From Candidatus Latescibacterota bacterium (GTDB lineage: Bacteria; Latescibacterota; UBA2968; UBA8231), in the NCBI GenBank assembly GCA_965208105.1, contig OZ242318.1, positions 3,360,001 to 3,424,000 of the forward strand: a stretch of 64,000 nucleotides of DNA. Direction: 5' to 3'. The notes beneath the pieces were generated by a model. It made no database searches. It was not told where the DNA came from and worked only from the letters and a program-made list of their open reading frames with translations. The stretch's first letter is position 1, and each line of letters starts with the position of its first letter. Shown in pieces: positions 1 through 9,865 of the stretch. Position numbers and translations under genes: made by a program.

Positions 1-2
1 CT

Positions 3-986
3 CTCGAGGTCCAGCGCCTGAACCTAGTGGAGAAGCTGGCCGAAGAGCTGAAGGACAAGAACAGCCAGCTCGAAAGCGTGCTGGCGGACTTGCGCCGCGC
101 CCAGGACCAGATCGTGATGCGCGAGAAACTGGCCGCCCTCGGCGAGCTCACCGCCGGCGTGGCTCACGAAATCAAGAACCCGCTGAACTTCGTGAAGAAC
201 TTCTCGGAGGTATCGGTGGAGCTGTTGGAGGAGATGCAGGAAGTCCTGCGCGAGGATGAAGTTCAGCTGGGCGATGAGCAGCGCGAGGTGGTCGAAGAGA
301 TCTGCGGCGACCTCAGTGCCAACCTGGGACGCATTTGTCAGCACGGCGAGCGCGCCAACGGAATCGTGCACGATATGCTGTCCATGGGCAGGGGCGGGGG
401 AGAGCGCCAGCTGACCGACATCAACCGGCTACTCGACGAGCATGCACGGCTCGCTTACCACAGCGCGCGGGCGACCGATCCCAATTTCAACCTGACCATC
501 GATGAGAATCTCGATCCGGGGGCAGGACAGATAGAGATCGTGCCCCAGGACCTTGGCCGCGTCTTCCTCAACATGGTGAGCAACGCCTGCCACGCCACCG
601 ACGAAAGGCGCCGCGCCGGGAAAGATGGAGAGAAATACGAACCAACCCTGTCCATGGCCACCCGCCGCCTGGACGAGAGCATCGAGGTGCGGATCAGGGA
701 CAACGGCAGCGGGATCCCGCCGGATGTCATCGATAAAATTTTCAACCCCTTCTTCACCACCAAGCCGACCGATCAGGGAACGGGGCTCGGTCTGGCGCTG
801 TCCAACGATATCGTGCGCCAGCACGGGGGCACCATCCGGGTCGAGTCCGAACCCGGCGAGTTCACCGAAATGATTGTCGACCTGCCTCTTTCCCCTCCAT
901 CCGAGGCGCTGGCCGATGGAGAAGGAGAGCCGGAGGGGGCGTCCCTGGGCGAGCCGCTGGGAGAGGGAAGAGAGCAGCCGGCGTAG
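3..986 (+). CDS. Sensor histidine kinase, C-terminal part (5' end outside window)
   Basis: Frame open from position 3; H-box AGVAHEIKNPLN, N-box NMVSNA, DNGSGIP, FNPFFTTK, GTGLGL. Confidence 0.93.
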   Translation, partial: LEVQRLNLVEKLAEELKDKNSQLESVLADLRRAQDQIVMREKLAALGELTAGVAHEIKNPLNFVKNFSEVSVELLEEMQEVLREDEVQLGDEQREVVEEICGDLSANLGRICQHGERANGIVHDMLSMGRGGGERQLTDINRLLDEHARLAYHSARATDPNFNLTIDENLDPGAGQIEIVPQDLGRVFLNMVSNACHATDERRRAGKDGEKYEPTLSMATRRLDESIEVRIRDNGSGIPPDVIDKIFNPFFTTKPTDQGTGLGLALSNDIVRQHGGTIRVESEPGEFTEMIVDLPLSPPSEALADGEGEPEGASLGEPLGEGREQPA

Positions 987-1060
987 ATTCCCTTTGCTCC
1001 TTCTCCACACTCCCCATGAAACAATCGCGGTCGAAAATGTTGATGAAAGGAAGCTGACAG

Positions 1061-1945
1061 GTGGCAAGCCCGATGGAGTCCTCGTTGGCGCTGCTCGCTT
1101 CCGAGGAGGTGTTCCCGATCCCGGACCGGATGAGCAGGAGGAAATGGGATGGTCCGTGGTGGCACATGGCCACTCTCTGCGAGATGGGTGAATCCAACAG
1201 GATCCCCCGGTCGGCTGCCGAAGGGGCCCTGGAACTGCTCAAGCACGGGGCCTGGCCGCGGTTCGTTCTCACCGAGGAAGAGGCTCCCGGGAGCGAGGCG
1301 GACAGGGCGAAGATGGACTGCTGCCACTGCGAGCTGGGTGTGTTCTACATGATACTCTCCGCGTGTGGGTTCGAGGTCGACGTGGAGCTTCCCTGGATCC
1401 GGGCGTGGTTCCTGGAGCACCAGCTTCCGGACGGTGGACTGAATTGTGAACCCTCGGCCTATGGCGGGTCGCGCAAAAGTTCCGTCGTGTCGACACTGCC
1501 TCCGCTGGAAGCCGTGCTCTTTTTCACGAGGCGGGAGTATACGGCTGCCGAGGCCGAATTCCTCGACGAGGGCGCGCGCTACCTGATCGAACATCGCCTG
1601 GTCTGCTCGAAGAAAGACGGTGCTGTCATCAACGGGGAATGGCTGAAACCCTTCTTCCCGCGGTTCTTCGAGTACGATATTTTGCGAGGGATGTACTTTC
1701 TCGTGGAGTGGTCGAGGCGAAGAAGGAAAGTCCTTCCCGGAGATTTGATTGAAGAAGGTCTTCACCGGATTGGAGGCTATACGGGGAAATCAGGGGTCGT
1801 CATCGGCAGGCACGTGAACGACGAGAGCGGCGGCTGGTACGGAAGTTCTTTTCCGCTGCTGCAATCGGTGAGTCAAGTGGGCAAGGAGTCTCCCTACCTG
1901 ACAAGGCAACTGGACGCGGTAGTAGCAGCCGCGCAAACAGGCTAG
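1061..1945 (+). CDS. Hypothetical protein, prenyltransferase/squalene-cyclase-like repeat family
   Basis: QW-like motif WFLEHQLPDGGLNCE and FPRFFEYDILRG; GTG start after AAGGAAG. Confidence 0.6.
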   Translation: MASPMESSLALLASEEVFPIPDRMSRRKWDGPWWHMATLCEMGESNRIPRSAAEGALELLKHGAWPRFVLTEEEAPGSEADRAKMDCCHCELGVFYMILSACGFEVDVELPWIRAWFLEHQLPDGGLNCEPSAYGGSRKSSVVSTLPPLEAVLFFTRREYTAAEAEFLDEGARYLIEHRLVCSKKDGAVINGEWLKPFFPRFFEYDILRGMYFLVEWSRRRRKVLPGDLIEEGLHRIGGYTGKSGVVIGRHVNDESGGWYGSSFPLLQSVSQVGKESPYLTRQLDAVVAAAQTG

Positions 1946-2130
1946 CCTCCCGCCGCGGTTTTTTGACGCACCAGGGGGGATCACTCTTCTTCCGTTGAAT
2001 AGAAGGAGGCGGAGAATGTTTCCATGTAGCGTCCGGATCTCCCTCTGCACAGGTCCGATCCAGCGGTCTGCATGGGGCCATCCCGCCCTCACCGGTAGCG
2101 ATAATTACCCATCTTGATAGGAGAACAGCC

Positions 2131-3516
2131 ATGGGAACATTTCGAAATATATTATTGAACCATTGCCGCAATCTTCCGGCGGTCAGGAGAACATTCGCGG
2201 TGATCGGCGGCCTGGCCTGCGTCCCGACAGTTGCCCATGCCGCCGTCAGCGAGGAGACCATGTTCGTTTTCAACACCTTCTCCTTCCTCGTCTGGGGAGC
2301 CCTGGTGATGTGGATGTGCGCCGGTTTCACCATGCTCGAGTCCGGCTCGGTGCGCACCAAGAACGCCTCCATGATCTGCCTGAAAAATATCGGTCTCTAC
2401 TCTATCGCCGGGCTCGCCTACTACTTCATAGGCTACAACCTCATGTACGTCGACGTAGGAAAGCTGATTGGTTCGTTCAAGCTGCTTTATGGACCCTCCG
2501 CCGCCGACCTCGCGCTGGTGGCAGGGAAGGAGGGGGCAGCGGCCGCGGCGATCGCAAAGGGCCATTCCACCATGTCGGACTGGTTCTTCCAGATGGTATT
2601 CGTGGCCACCGCGGCCTCCATCGTCTCCGGCACCCTGGCCGAGCGCGTCAAGATGTGGTCGTTCTTCCTTTTCACCCTGGTACTGACCGCCGTTATCTAC
2701 CCCGTGGTCGGCGCCTGGACGTGGGGTGGGGGATGGCTGAGCGATATGGGGTTCAAGGATTTCGCCGGCTCCACCATCGTGCACAGCACCGGCGGCTGGG
2801 CTGCTCTCGCCGGCGCCCTGGTGGTCGGTCCCCGCCTCGGCAAGTTCCGCGGCGACGGTTCGGTCAGGCCCACGCCGCCCTCCAACATCCTGGCGGTGAC
2901 CCTGGGGGTCTTCATCCTCTGGTTCGGCTGGTTCGGTTTCAACGGGGGTTCGCAACTGGCCCTGGGCAGCGCGGCTGACGTGGTTGCCATGAGCCACGTG
3001 TTGGTCAACACCAACCTTGCCGCAGCTGCCGGGGTCATGACCGCCCTGGCCATCTCGCGTCCCATCCTTGGGCGCGTGGATCTGTTCGCCGGCCTCAACG
3101 GCGCAATTGCCGGTCTGGTCGCGATTACCGCGGGCCCAGATATCGTCCAGCACTATTGGGCGGTGATCATCGGCGCCGTAGGCGGCGGTGTGTGCACCAT
3201 CGGGATCAAGCTCTTAGAGAGGGTCAAGCTGGACGACGTGGTTGGGGCGGTACCCGCCCACCTGTTCTCCGGCATCTGGGGTACTCTGGCTGTCTGCATA
3301 GTCGGAGGAGGCAGCTTCGGCGTGCAACTGCTCGGCGTGGTGGCAGTGGGAGTGTTCGTATTCGCAGTTTCGTATCTGCTGTGGCGCCTGCTGGAGGCGA
3401 CTATAAGCGTCCGGGTATCGCGCCAGGTCGAGCGCCTGGGCCAGGATGTGGGAGAGCTGGGAATCGAAGCCTATCCCGAATTCGTGCTCATGCCGGAAGA
3501 GGAAGACCAGGAATGA
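2131..3516 (+). CDS. amt: Ammonium transporter (Amt family), stand-alone paralogue
   Basis: FFQMVF, DFAGSTIVH, WFGWFGFNGGS, DDVVGAVPAH (both channel His present); AGGAG RBS. Confidence 0.95.
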   Translation: MGTFRNILLNHCRNLPAVRRTFAVIGGLACVPTVAHAAVSEETMFVFNTFSFLVWGALVMWMCAGFTMLESGSVRTKNASMICLKNIGLYSIAGLAYYFIGYNLMYVDVGKLIGSFKLLYGPSAADLALVAGKEGAAAAAIAKGHSTMSDWFFQMVFVATAASIVSGTLAERVKMWSFFLFTLVLTAVIYPVVGAWTWGGGWLSDMGFKDFAGSTIVHSTGGWAALAGALVVGPRLGKFRGDGSVRPTPPSNILAVTLGVFILWFGWFGFNGGSQLALGSAADVVAMSHVLVNTNLAAAAGVMTALAISRPILGRVDLFAGLNGAIAGLVAITAGPDIVQHYWAVIIGAVGGGVCTIGIKLLERVKLDDVVGAVPAHLFSGIWGTLAVCIVGGGSFGVQLLGVVAVGVFVFAVSYLLWRLLEATISVRVSRQVERLGQDVGELGIEAYPEFVLMPEEEDQE

Positions 3517-3795
3517 GGGGCAGTGCGGTCGTTCTCCACTGTCAGGTCGGGGAAGGGCCGCACCGCATCCGTCTACTCCGTTGGTGTATAATAAGGAGGC
3601 AAAGGAGTCAATCTCCCCTTTTGTCGAGGTGAATAGTGAATTTGCCTTATTGCCAATGCTGTAGTACCTTATGTGCCGGACAGTAATTCACTATCATCCC
3701 TCCGAAGATTTCCACGCGTCACCATCTCGCATTTCGGTTCAGATACCCAAACGAGAGAAGCCGCCAGTTATCTCGGGTATCACAGACAGGACGAA

Positions 3796-5076
3796 ATGCA
3801 GACATTCGACTCACTTCCGCTCCATCCTTCCATCCTCCAAGCCCTTTCTGAAGAGGGCTACGAAACACCGACACCGATACAGTCACGGGCCATTCCCGTT
3901 TCTCTCGGTGGACGTGACGTGTTGGGAACCGCGCAGACAGGAACCGGTAAGACGGCAGCATTCGCTCTTCCTATCCTTCATCTGCTGGACGAAGAGCGCC
4001 CCCATAGCGACGAGGGGCCGCGCGCGCTGATTTTGACGCCGACGCGCGAACTGGCGCTCCAGATCGACCGCAGCTTCAAGGCCTATGGCCGGCAGTTGAG
4101 GTTGCGCACTTCGGTTCTCGTAGGCGGCATCCCTGTCCAAAAACAAATTAGCAGCTTGCAACGGCGCCCCGACATCCTGGTCGCGACACCCGGCCGACTG
4201 CTGGATCTGCTCAGCCAGGACAAAGTCCGTCTGAACCGGGTCCGCAAGTTTGTTCTGGACGAAGCAGATCGAATGCTCGACATGGGTTTCATTCCCGACG
4301 TTCGCAGGATCGCCGCGCAGCTCCCGAGGAAACGGCAGACATTCTTTTTTTCAGCAACGATGCCGCGCGACGTCGAAAAACTCGCCAATACGCTGCTCGG
4401 CGCTTCCGTCCGGATCGAGATCGACCCGCCGGCCGCGGTCGCGGACAGAATCACGCAGGCAGTGATGTTTGTCGAGAAGGCCAACAAGCGGGCGCTGCTG
4501 ACCAGCATGCTCAAGGACACCGACGTGAGCCGTGCGCTTGTTTTTACCCGAACCAAGCATCGGGCGAATCGTATATCCCGGCAACTGAAGGATCGCGGCA
4601 TTGCGGCAGACGCCATCCACGGGAACAAAACACAGAAAGCGCGGGAGCTGGCATTGAGCAGGTTCGGCCAAGGGCGTGTGAAGGTTCTTGTTGCGACAGA
4701 TATCGCGGCGCGGGGCATCGACGTCGATGGAATCTCGCACGTGATCAACTACGAATTGCCAAACGACCCGGAAAGCTACATCCACCGCGTCGGGCGCACT
4801 GCCAGGGCTGGAGCCGCAGGGCGCGCGGTGTCCCTGTGCGATGTGGATGAAGTTGACTGCCTGGCCGACATTGAGCGACTGACGAAGCTGAAGATTGCGC
4901 CGATCGAAGATCATCCCTTTCACTGCGGCAGAACCGCAGCGATCTATGGTGAATTGTCCCATGGAATCCGTGGCGGCAAGAAACCCGTATCGCGGCAGTG
5001 GCAGCCCAGAGGACGGAAGGGAAAGCAATTTCGGGGCAAGCTCTCCGCGGCAATCTCCCAAAATAAGACAGCCTGA
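3796..5076 (+). CDS. rhlE: DEAD-box RNA helicase, RhlE-like
   Basis: TPTPIQ, AQTGTGKT, PTRELA, DEAD, SAT, HRVGRTAR; ATG 3796 preferred over GTG 3673. Confidence 0.9.
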   Translation: MQTFDSLPLHPSILQALSEEGYETPTPIQSRAIPVSLGGRDVLGTAQTGTGKTAAFALPILHLLDEERPHSDEGPRALILTPTRELALQIDRSFKAYGRQLRLRTSVLVGGIPVQKQISSLQRRPDILVATPGRLLDLLSQDKVRLNRVRKFVLDEADRMLDMGFIPDVRRIAAQLPRKRQTFFFSATMPRDVEKLANTLLGASVRIEIDPPAAVADRITQAVMFVEKANKRALLTSMLKDTDVSRALVFTRTKHRANRISRQLKDRGIAADAIHGNKTQKARELALSRFGQGRVKVLVATDIAARGIDVDGISHVINYELPNDPESYIHRVGRTARAGAAGRAVSLCDVDEVDCLADIERLTKLKIAPIEDHPFHCGRTAAIYGELSHGIRGGKKPVSRQWQPRGRKGKQFRGKLSAAISQNKTA

Positions 5077-5298
5077 GACAACGAGTCGGGTTCGGGTGTC
5101 GCTTGCCAGGATTTTAGCTGCGATGGCCTCGGATTCTTCCAGTTTCTCGGGTTTTTGATCATATCCGCCTCTTGTCGATAGACTGGCCCTGGCACCTATT
5201 ATTCCCGCATCTTAACGCCCGGGAATGGTGATAGGGCAAATGCATCCCAGGCACACGTGCCCGATCCGCTCCCGCACCAATAACCCAAGGAGGATTTC

Positions 5299-5889
5299 AT
5301 GACTCGTTCCAATTTGCACCATATGGCATGGGTTGCCGCCCTGACCTTCGCTCTTGCCGCCGAGACGGCGTTGGCGGAAACCTACGTGGTCGATGCATCC
5401 CACTCTTCGGTCGATTTCAGCATCCGCCACCTGGTCGGCCGCACGAAGGGCCGTTTCGGTGACTTCAGCGGAACCATCGGCTACGACGCCGCCAAGCCCG
5501 AATCCTCCACCTTCTCCGGCATCATTCAGGTCAAGAGCATCGACACGGGCAACGAACGCCGCGACGGCCACCTGCAAAGCGTCGACTTTTTCGAAGCCGA
5601 AACCTATCCAACCATCACCCTCGAATCTACCGAGGTGACCAGCACGGGCGATAACACCCTCAGCGTGAAGGGCAAGCTGACCATGCACGGCACCACCAGG
5701 GAGGTCACGCTGCTGGTCGAGATCCTCGGCACCGGCACCAACCCGCGCAGCGGCAAGGCGCAGATCGGCCTGGAAACCAACTTCACCCTTCTCTGCTCCG
5801 ACTACGGAGTCAATAGCTGGGCACGCTTCAGCGCGGTTCTCGGGGACGAAGTGAAAATTCAGGTGCTGATCGAGGCCAACGCGGAGTAA
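5299..5889 (+). CDS. YceI family periplasmic protein
   Basis: Signal peptide, YVVDASHSSVDFSIRH, SIDTGNERRDGHL, GKLTMHG; AGGAGG RBS. Confidence 0.93.
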   Translation: MTRSNLHHMAWVAALTFALAAETALAETYVVDASHSSVDFSIRHLVGRTKGRFGDFSGTIGYDAAKPESSTFSGIIQVKSIDTGNERRDGHLQSVDFFEAETYPTITLESTEVTSTGDNTLSVKGKLTMHGTTREVTLLVEILGTGTNPRSGKAQIGLETNFTLLCSDYGVNSWARFSAVLGDEVKIQVLIEANAE

Positions 5890-5994
5890 GCCGCGAGGGG
5901 CGGTCGATGGCTGGATCCATCGACTCGACGCACCGGGCTGCCGCAGTGTTTGCGCTTCTCGGGGGCAATGGAGAATCGTTGCGGGTGTTGGCAG

Positions 5995-6465
5995 CTAATG
6001 CGACCCCAGCACCGCCAGGTCGACCTCCCCCAGCAGGGGTCCAGCCGTTTCCAAAAGCGACCGTCTGGTGTCCTCGATCAGCAGCCTGCCATCCATCACG
6101 GCCAGTCTCGGCGTCTCCCACTCCTGGTCTTCGCCAAGCAGGGATACGTCGAAGACAATGACATATTCAACCGGAAGGTACGCGGCCGTACCAACGGATC
6201 CGAAGTTGTTCAATTTCAGGTAGAATGCACGGAAGGTCACAGGTGTTATGCGCTCATCCTCTATGATGATGTAGTTGTCCTCGTCATAGAGGGATTCGGA
6301 CAAACGCCGCTCGATGATGATCCCCTCCCTGGGCGGTCCCGTTTCCCCTTGAGGCCCTTGTGGTCCCTGGGGTCCCATTTGACCCTCCGGCCCGGCCGGA
6401 CCCTGGCAGGCGCCGAGGTAAAAAGCTGACAGCGCTGAAAGAAGCAGGAGAAGCCATGTGCACAT
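5995..6465 (-). CDS. Putative lipoprotein with short collagen-like Gly-X-Y repeat
   Basis: Lipobox LGAC then GPAGPEGQMGPQGPQGPQGETGPP; AAGGAG upstream. Confidence 0.7.
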   Translation of the reverse strand: MCTWLLLLLSALSAFYLGACQGPAGPEGQMGPQGPQGPQGETGPPREGIIIERRLSESLYDEDNYIIIEDERITPVTFRAFYLKLNNFGSVGTAAYLPVEYVIVFDVSLLGEDQEWETPRLAVMDGRLLIEDTRRSLLETAGPLLGEVDLAVLGSH

Positions 6466-6614
6466 TGTGCATCTCCTTCAGGTTGAGGTAGGAAGCTGGT
6501 TTTATACTAATCTACGAAAATGAGAAGGTTTGTCAGTCAGGTCATTGGTGCTTCCCTCCTTCAAGAACCCGGATAGCAGAAACGAAGAACCTGACGGATC
6601 CCCGGTGCCAGAAC

Positions 6615-6650
6615 AAAAAATCGGCTGGCCTGATCAACCCAGGCCAGCCG
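6615..6650 (-). terminator. Intrinsic terminator after the DUF4377-like lipoprotein gene
   Basis: 11-bp stem CGGCTGGCCTG/CAGGCCAGCCG, 7-nt loop, T6 tail on the minus strand. Confidence 0.85.
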
Positions 6651-6679
6651 GTGGTCATTTGCGATCTTCCAGGATCTGA

Positions 6680-7480
6680 TCAGTTGCTGGAGTTGCGCTC
6701 CAGGGTTTCCAGCCAGCGATAGCCGTAGGTGGGAATGTTGGCGGACGAAGGGGAGATGCCATCGGTGAACATGCTGAATCTTTCGACCCGCAGGCGATAG
6801 CTGTAGTCGTGCCAGGGCTGGAAATTCACGATCTCACTGCGGAGCGCCCCGCCGTTGACCACGTTGCAGTACACCGGGTGGCTGTCGTCGCACTTGATCC
6901 TGTGCGGCCCCACGCTTATTTCCTCTTCTCCCACAGCCGCCGCTTCGGTTTTTGAGCTGATTTCATTCAACACGTAGCGGCCGTCGTTGTATCTGTTTGC
7001 ACTGAGGGTATAGTGGTAACCGGCCTCGTAATCGAAGTTGGTGATCATATCATTGTAGGGCGCGCCGTCGATCAATAGGCAGAAATCGTCGACCCGGGCG
7101 CATTTCACCCGCGTCGGTCCCACTGCCAGGGTAACGGGCGTGGATGGAGCGCGGGTCTTTTCCAGTTCTTCCAGCAGGCGATAGGCGTAGCGTCCCGCAT
7201 CCTGGGGCGGTTCCTTTCCATTCCAGGGGTCATATACTCCGATGCGCAGGCGGTAGTTGTAGCCTGCCTCGAATTCAAAGCCCTCGATGCCGTCGTAGAA
7301 AAGTCCGCCGTCGACCATCATGCAGGACTGCAGGCCGACGCCGTAGCATTTGGCCAGAGCCGGACCGACGGTTACTTCCCGAATCTCGATGTACTTTGTC
7401 CATGCCGGTCCCGCCGGGTCTTCGCAGGCGGCGAAGACCAGGAGCAAAGGAACGAATAGAACAGAAAGTTTGGATTGCAT
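6680..7480 (-). CDS. Lipoprotein with three DUF4377-like repeats
   Basis: Lipobox FAAC; three VGP-x-C...C...I-x-(G/N)F...Y units (e.g. IEGFEFEAGYNYRLRI, ITNFDYEAGYHYTL). Confidence 0.75.
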   Translation of the reverse strand: MQSKLSVLFVPLLLVFAACEDPAGPAWTKYIEIREVTVGPALAKCYGVGLQSCMMVDGGLFYDGIEGFEFEAGYNYRLRIGVYDPWNGKEPPQDAGRYAYRLLEELEKTRAPSTPVTLAVGPTRVKCARVDDFCLLIDGAPYNDMITNFDYEAGYHYTLSANRYNDGRYVLNEISSKTEAAAVGEEEISVGPHRIKCDDSHPVYCNVVNGGALRSEIVNFQPWHDYSYRLRVERFSMFTDGISPSSANIPTYGYRWLETLERNSSN

Positions 7481-7723
7481 TTGCCCACCTCATTTCATGA
7501 TGTGAGATTCGGTGTGGGTTAACCCTCGAACGAAGCAGAATAAAAATACCGGGGAAACTCCGGCCAAAGCGTCACCGGGCCCGGCCTTTCGCATGAATGC
7601 GGTAACGGTATCAGCCATTCATTTATTGACTCGATTGAAGGCGGTTGGGTTCCTTCGCAAGAAACGCGACCATCCGGAAGGAAAGAGCGGGCAGGCACTG
7701 ACTCGCATTCTTTTCCAGGTCCC

Positions 7724-8883
7724 TAGTGCTCTGTTAAGGATTCAGGCTTGTACTTTTTCGTACATGTTGGTATCATGGGGACCTATGTCCATTTTTCTGG
7801 GAGGGTCCTGCCATGTGCCTCCATGCTCGAACACCGGATGCGGCCGAATCGAAAGAACTGGGCCGATGGCTGAAGCGGCCACGCAATGCCGTACAGATGC
7901 GACGAGGGCAATTGATCTCCCTCAGTGCCCAGGGTATGCGGGTCCAGGAGCTGTCGGCGACGCTGCATCTGCACGAGGAATACATCCGCTCCCTGGTCCG
8001 ACGATACAACGAGGAAGGGCTGGCGTCGCTTCGCACGCGAGCCCACCCGGGGCGCACCCCAGCGCTGACGCCCGAAGACGAGTCCGTGGTGGTGGAGATC
8101 GCCAAGATGCCCCCTCGGGCTTTCGGCCAACCCTTCAACCAGTGGTCGCTGCGCAAGCTGACCGACTGTCTGGTCGGGCGCAAGATGATCCCCAAGGTCT
8201 CGCACGTGACCATCGCCAAGGTCTTGGACCGGCATAAGGTCACCTACCAACGTACCCGCACCTGGAAGGAGTCGAAGGATCCGGATTTCTCCTCGAAAAA
8301 AAACGCATCGACCGCCTCTACCGGCGTGCGCCGAAGGACTCGGTCGTAGTCTGCTTCGACGAAATGGGGCCCGTGCAGATCAAGCCCCATGCCGGCTCCT
8401 CCTGGGCGCCGCAGAAGCACCCGGTGCGGCACCGAGCCACCTACACCCGGCACGCCGGGGTCAGCTATTTCTTCGGCGCCTACAACGTCCACGAGGACGT
8501 CCTGTGGATGCATCACAAGCGAAAGAAGCACGCCTCGGAGGTGCTCACTTTCCTCAAGGCCATCCGGCACCGCTACCGCAAGGCCCAACGCATCTACCTC
8601 GTTCTGGACAATTTGTCGACGCACGCGACCCCAAAGATTCGGCAATGGTGTCGGCAGCATCGAGTCTCCCTCGTCTTCACCGCTACCAACGCCTCCTGGA
8701 TGAACCGTCTCGAATGCCATCTGACCGCCGCCCACTACTTCGTCATCAAGAACAGCGACCCAAGGGACCATCGAGACATCGGCCAGCGCATGCAGGAATA
8801 CCTCGTATGGAGAAATCGAAACCAGGACGATGCCAAGCTCGCCAAAATACAAAATTCAATGCCCACTCTTTAACAGCGCACTA
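7724..8883 (+). mobile_element. Complete IS630-family insertion sequence (~1.16 kb)
   Basis: Inverted ends TAGTGCTCTGTTAAG / TTTAACAGCGCACTA, CTAG at both junctions (7723-7726, 8881-8884), transposase inside. Confidence 0.92.
7813..8873 (+). CDS. IS630 transposase in two ORFs joined by a -1 frameshift at A8 (8296-8303)
   Basis: ORF A has HTH and WSLRKL; the -1 frame reads KKRIDRLY...VCFDE...LVLDN...WMNRLE (DDE triad). Confidence 0.9.
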
Positions 8884-9618
8884 GCGGTGGACGTCGGCGG
8901 CATGCAGGGCCCCGACGCCTCTCTCCATGCGCAGCAGGTGCCTCTGACGCTCGTTGAGCAGGGCGAACCACTCCGCCGGAAAACCGTCGTGGGGATCGAC
9001 CTGGAAGCGCATCATGTGCTTGCGGTAGTGCCCGAAGAGGGCGTGGCGGTGCTCATTCGAGCGGTTGGCGCCGCCGCCGTGCCAGCACTGCCCGTTGAAG
9101 ACCAGAACGCTGCCAGCGGGGGCCTGGGCATGGTGGACGTGCCTGACCTCGAATCCCTCGGGAGGCAGGGCAAGGCCGCTCCGGTGCGAACCGGGCACGA
9201 TGCGGGTGCCGCCGTTTGCGGGCGAGAAAGGGTCAAGCATCCACACGGTGTTCATCATCACCGGCGTGGCCATGTTGAGCATGGCCGCGGGAATGTCGCT
9301 GTGCAGCTCCTGGTCGCCGTCGCCCGGTCGCACGATGCGCGCGTTGAGGCTGCCCAGGATGAGGCTGTCCTCCAGGTAGTGCTCCAGCAGGGGGAGGACC
9401 CTGGGATGGTCGAGGCATGGGAAGAAAACCCTGTCCAGGGTCGGCAGGTTGCTGACGTGCCGGGCCGTGCCCCTGTGGGTGTGCTCGGTGCCCACCTCTT
9501 CGGCGCAGCGGATCAAGGCTTCCTTCATGGCCGCCACCTGACCGGGGTCCAGGACCTCCTCGACGATGGTGAAGCCGTAAATGTCTATCTCTGCAAGGGC
9601 TTGTTCATGCGCTGTCAT
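8881..9618 (-). CDS. Phytanoyl-CoA dioxygenase (PhyH) family Fe(II)/2OG oxygenase
   Basis: LHSD, WMLD, NGGTRIVPGSH, WHGGGAN; ATG 9618 after GGAGG. Confidence 0.9.
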   Translation of the reverse strand: MTAHEQALAEIDIYGFTIVEEVLDPGQVAAMKEALIRCAEEVGTEHTHRGTARHVSNLPTLDRVFFPCLDHPRVLPLLEHYLEDSLILGSLNARIVRPGDGDQELHSDIPAAMLNMATPVMMNTVWMLDPFSPANGGTRIVPGSHRSGLALPPEGFEVRHVHHAQAPAGSVLVFNGQCWHGGGANRSNEHRHALFGHYRKHMMRFQVDPHDGFPAEWFALLNERQRHLLRMERGVGALHAADVHR

Positions 9619-9865
9619 GCCGGTCCCTCCGCCGTGTTCCCGAGATCCATCTTTTGCTTCCCGACCTGTGGAAAGGAGAAATATAACCTCGGCTGTTCTG
9701 GCGCAAAAGATGGACGCCCGCGCTGCCGGTGTAGAGGGGACAGGAAGGTCCGAGCAATCTGCAGGCACGAGACGAGTTGCCGCGGATTCGCCAGACAGTA
9801 ATTTTGTTGGCAGTGAGCTTGACCAACATGGCTGCGATTGAACTGTTGCCGAGGAAGGAGCGCGA

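Noticed and set aside
2095-2108. GTA-N8-TAC (NtcA-like box) upstream of the first amt
   Set aside because: Only 6-8 informative bases, NtcA is cyanobacterial and no supporting promoter context was seen; could be chance.
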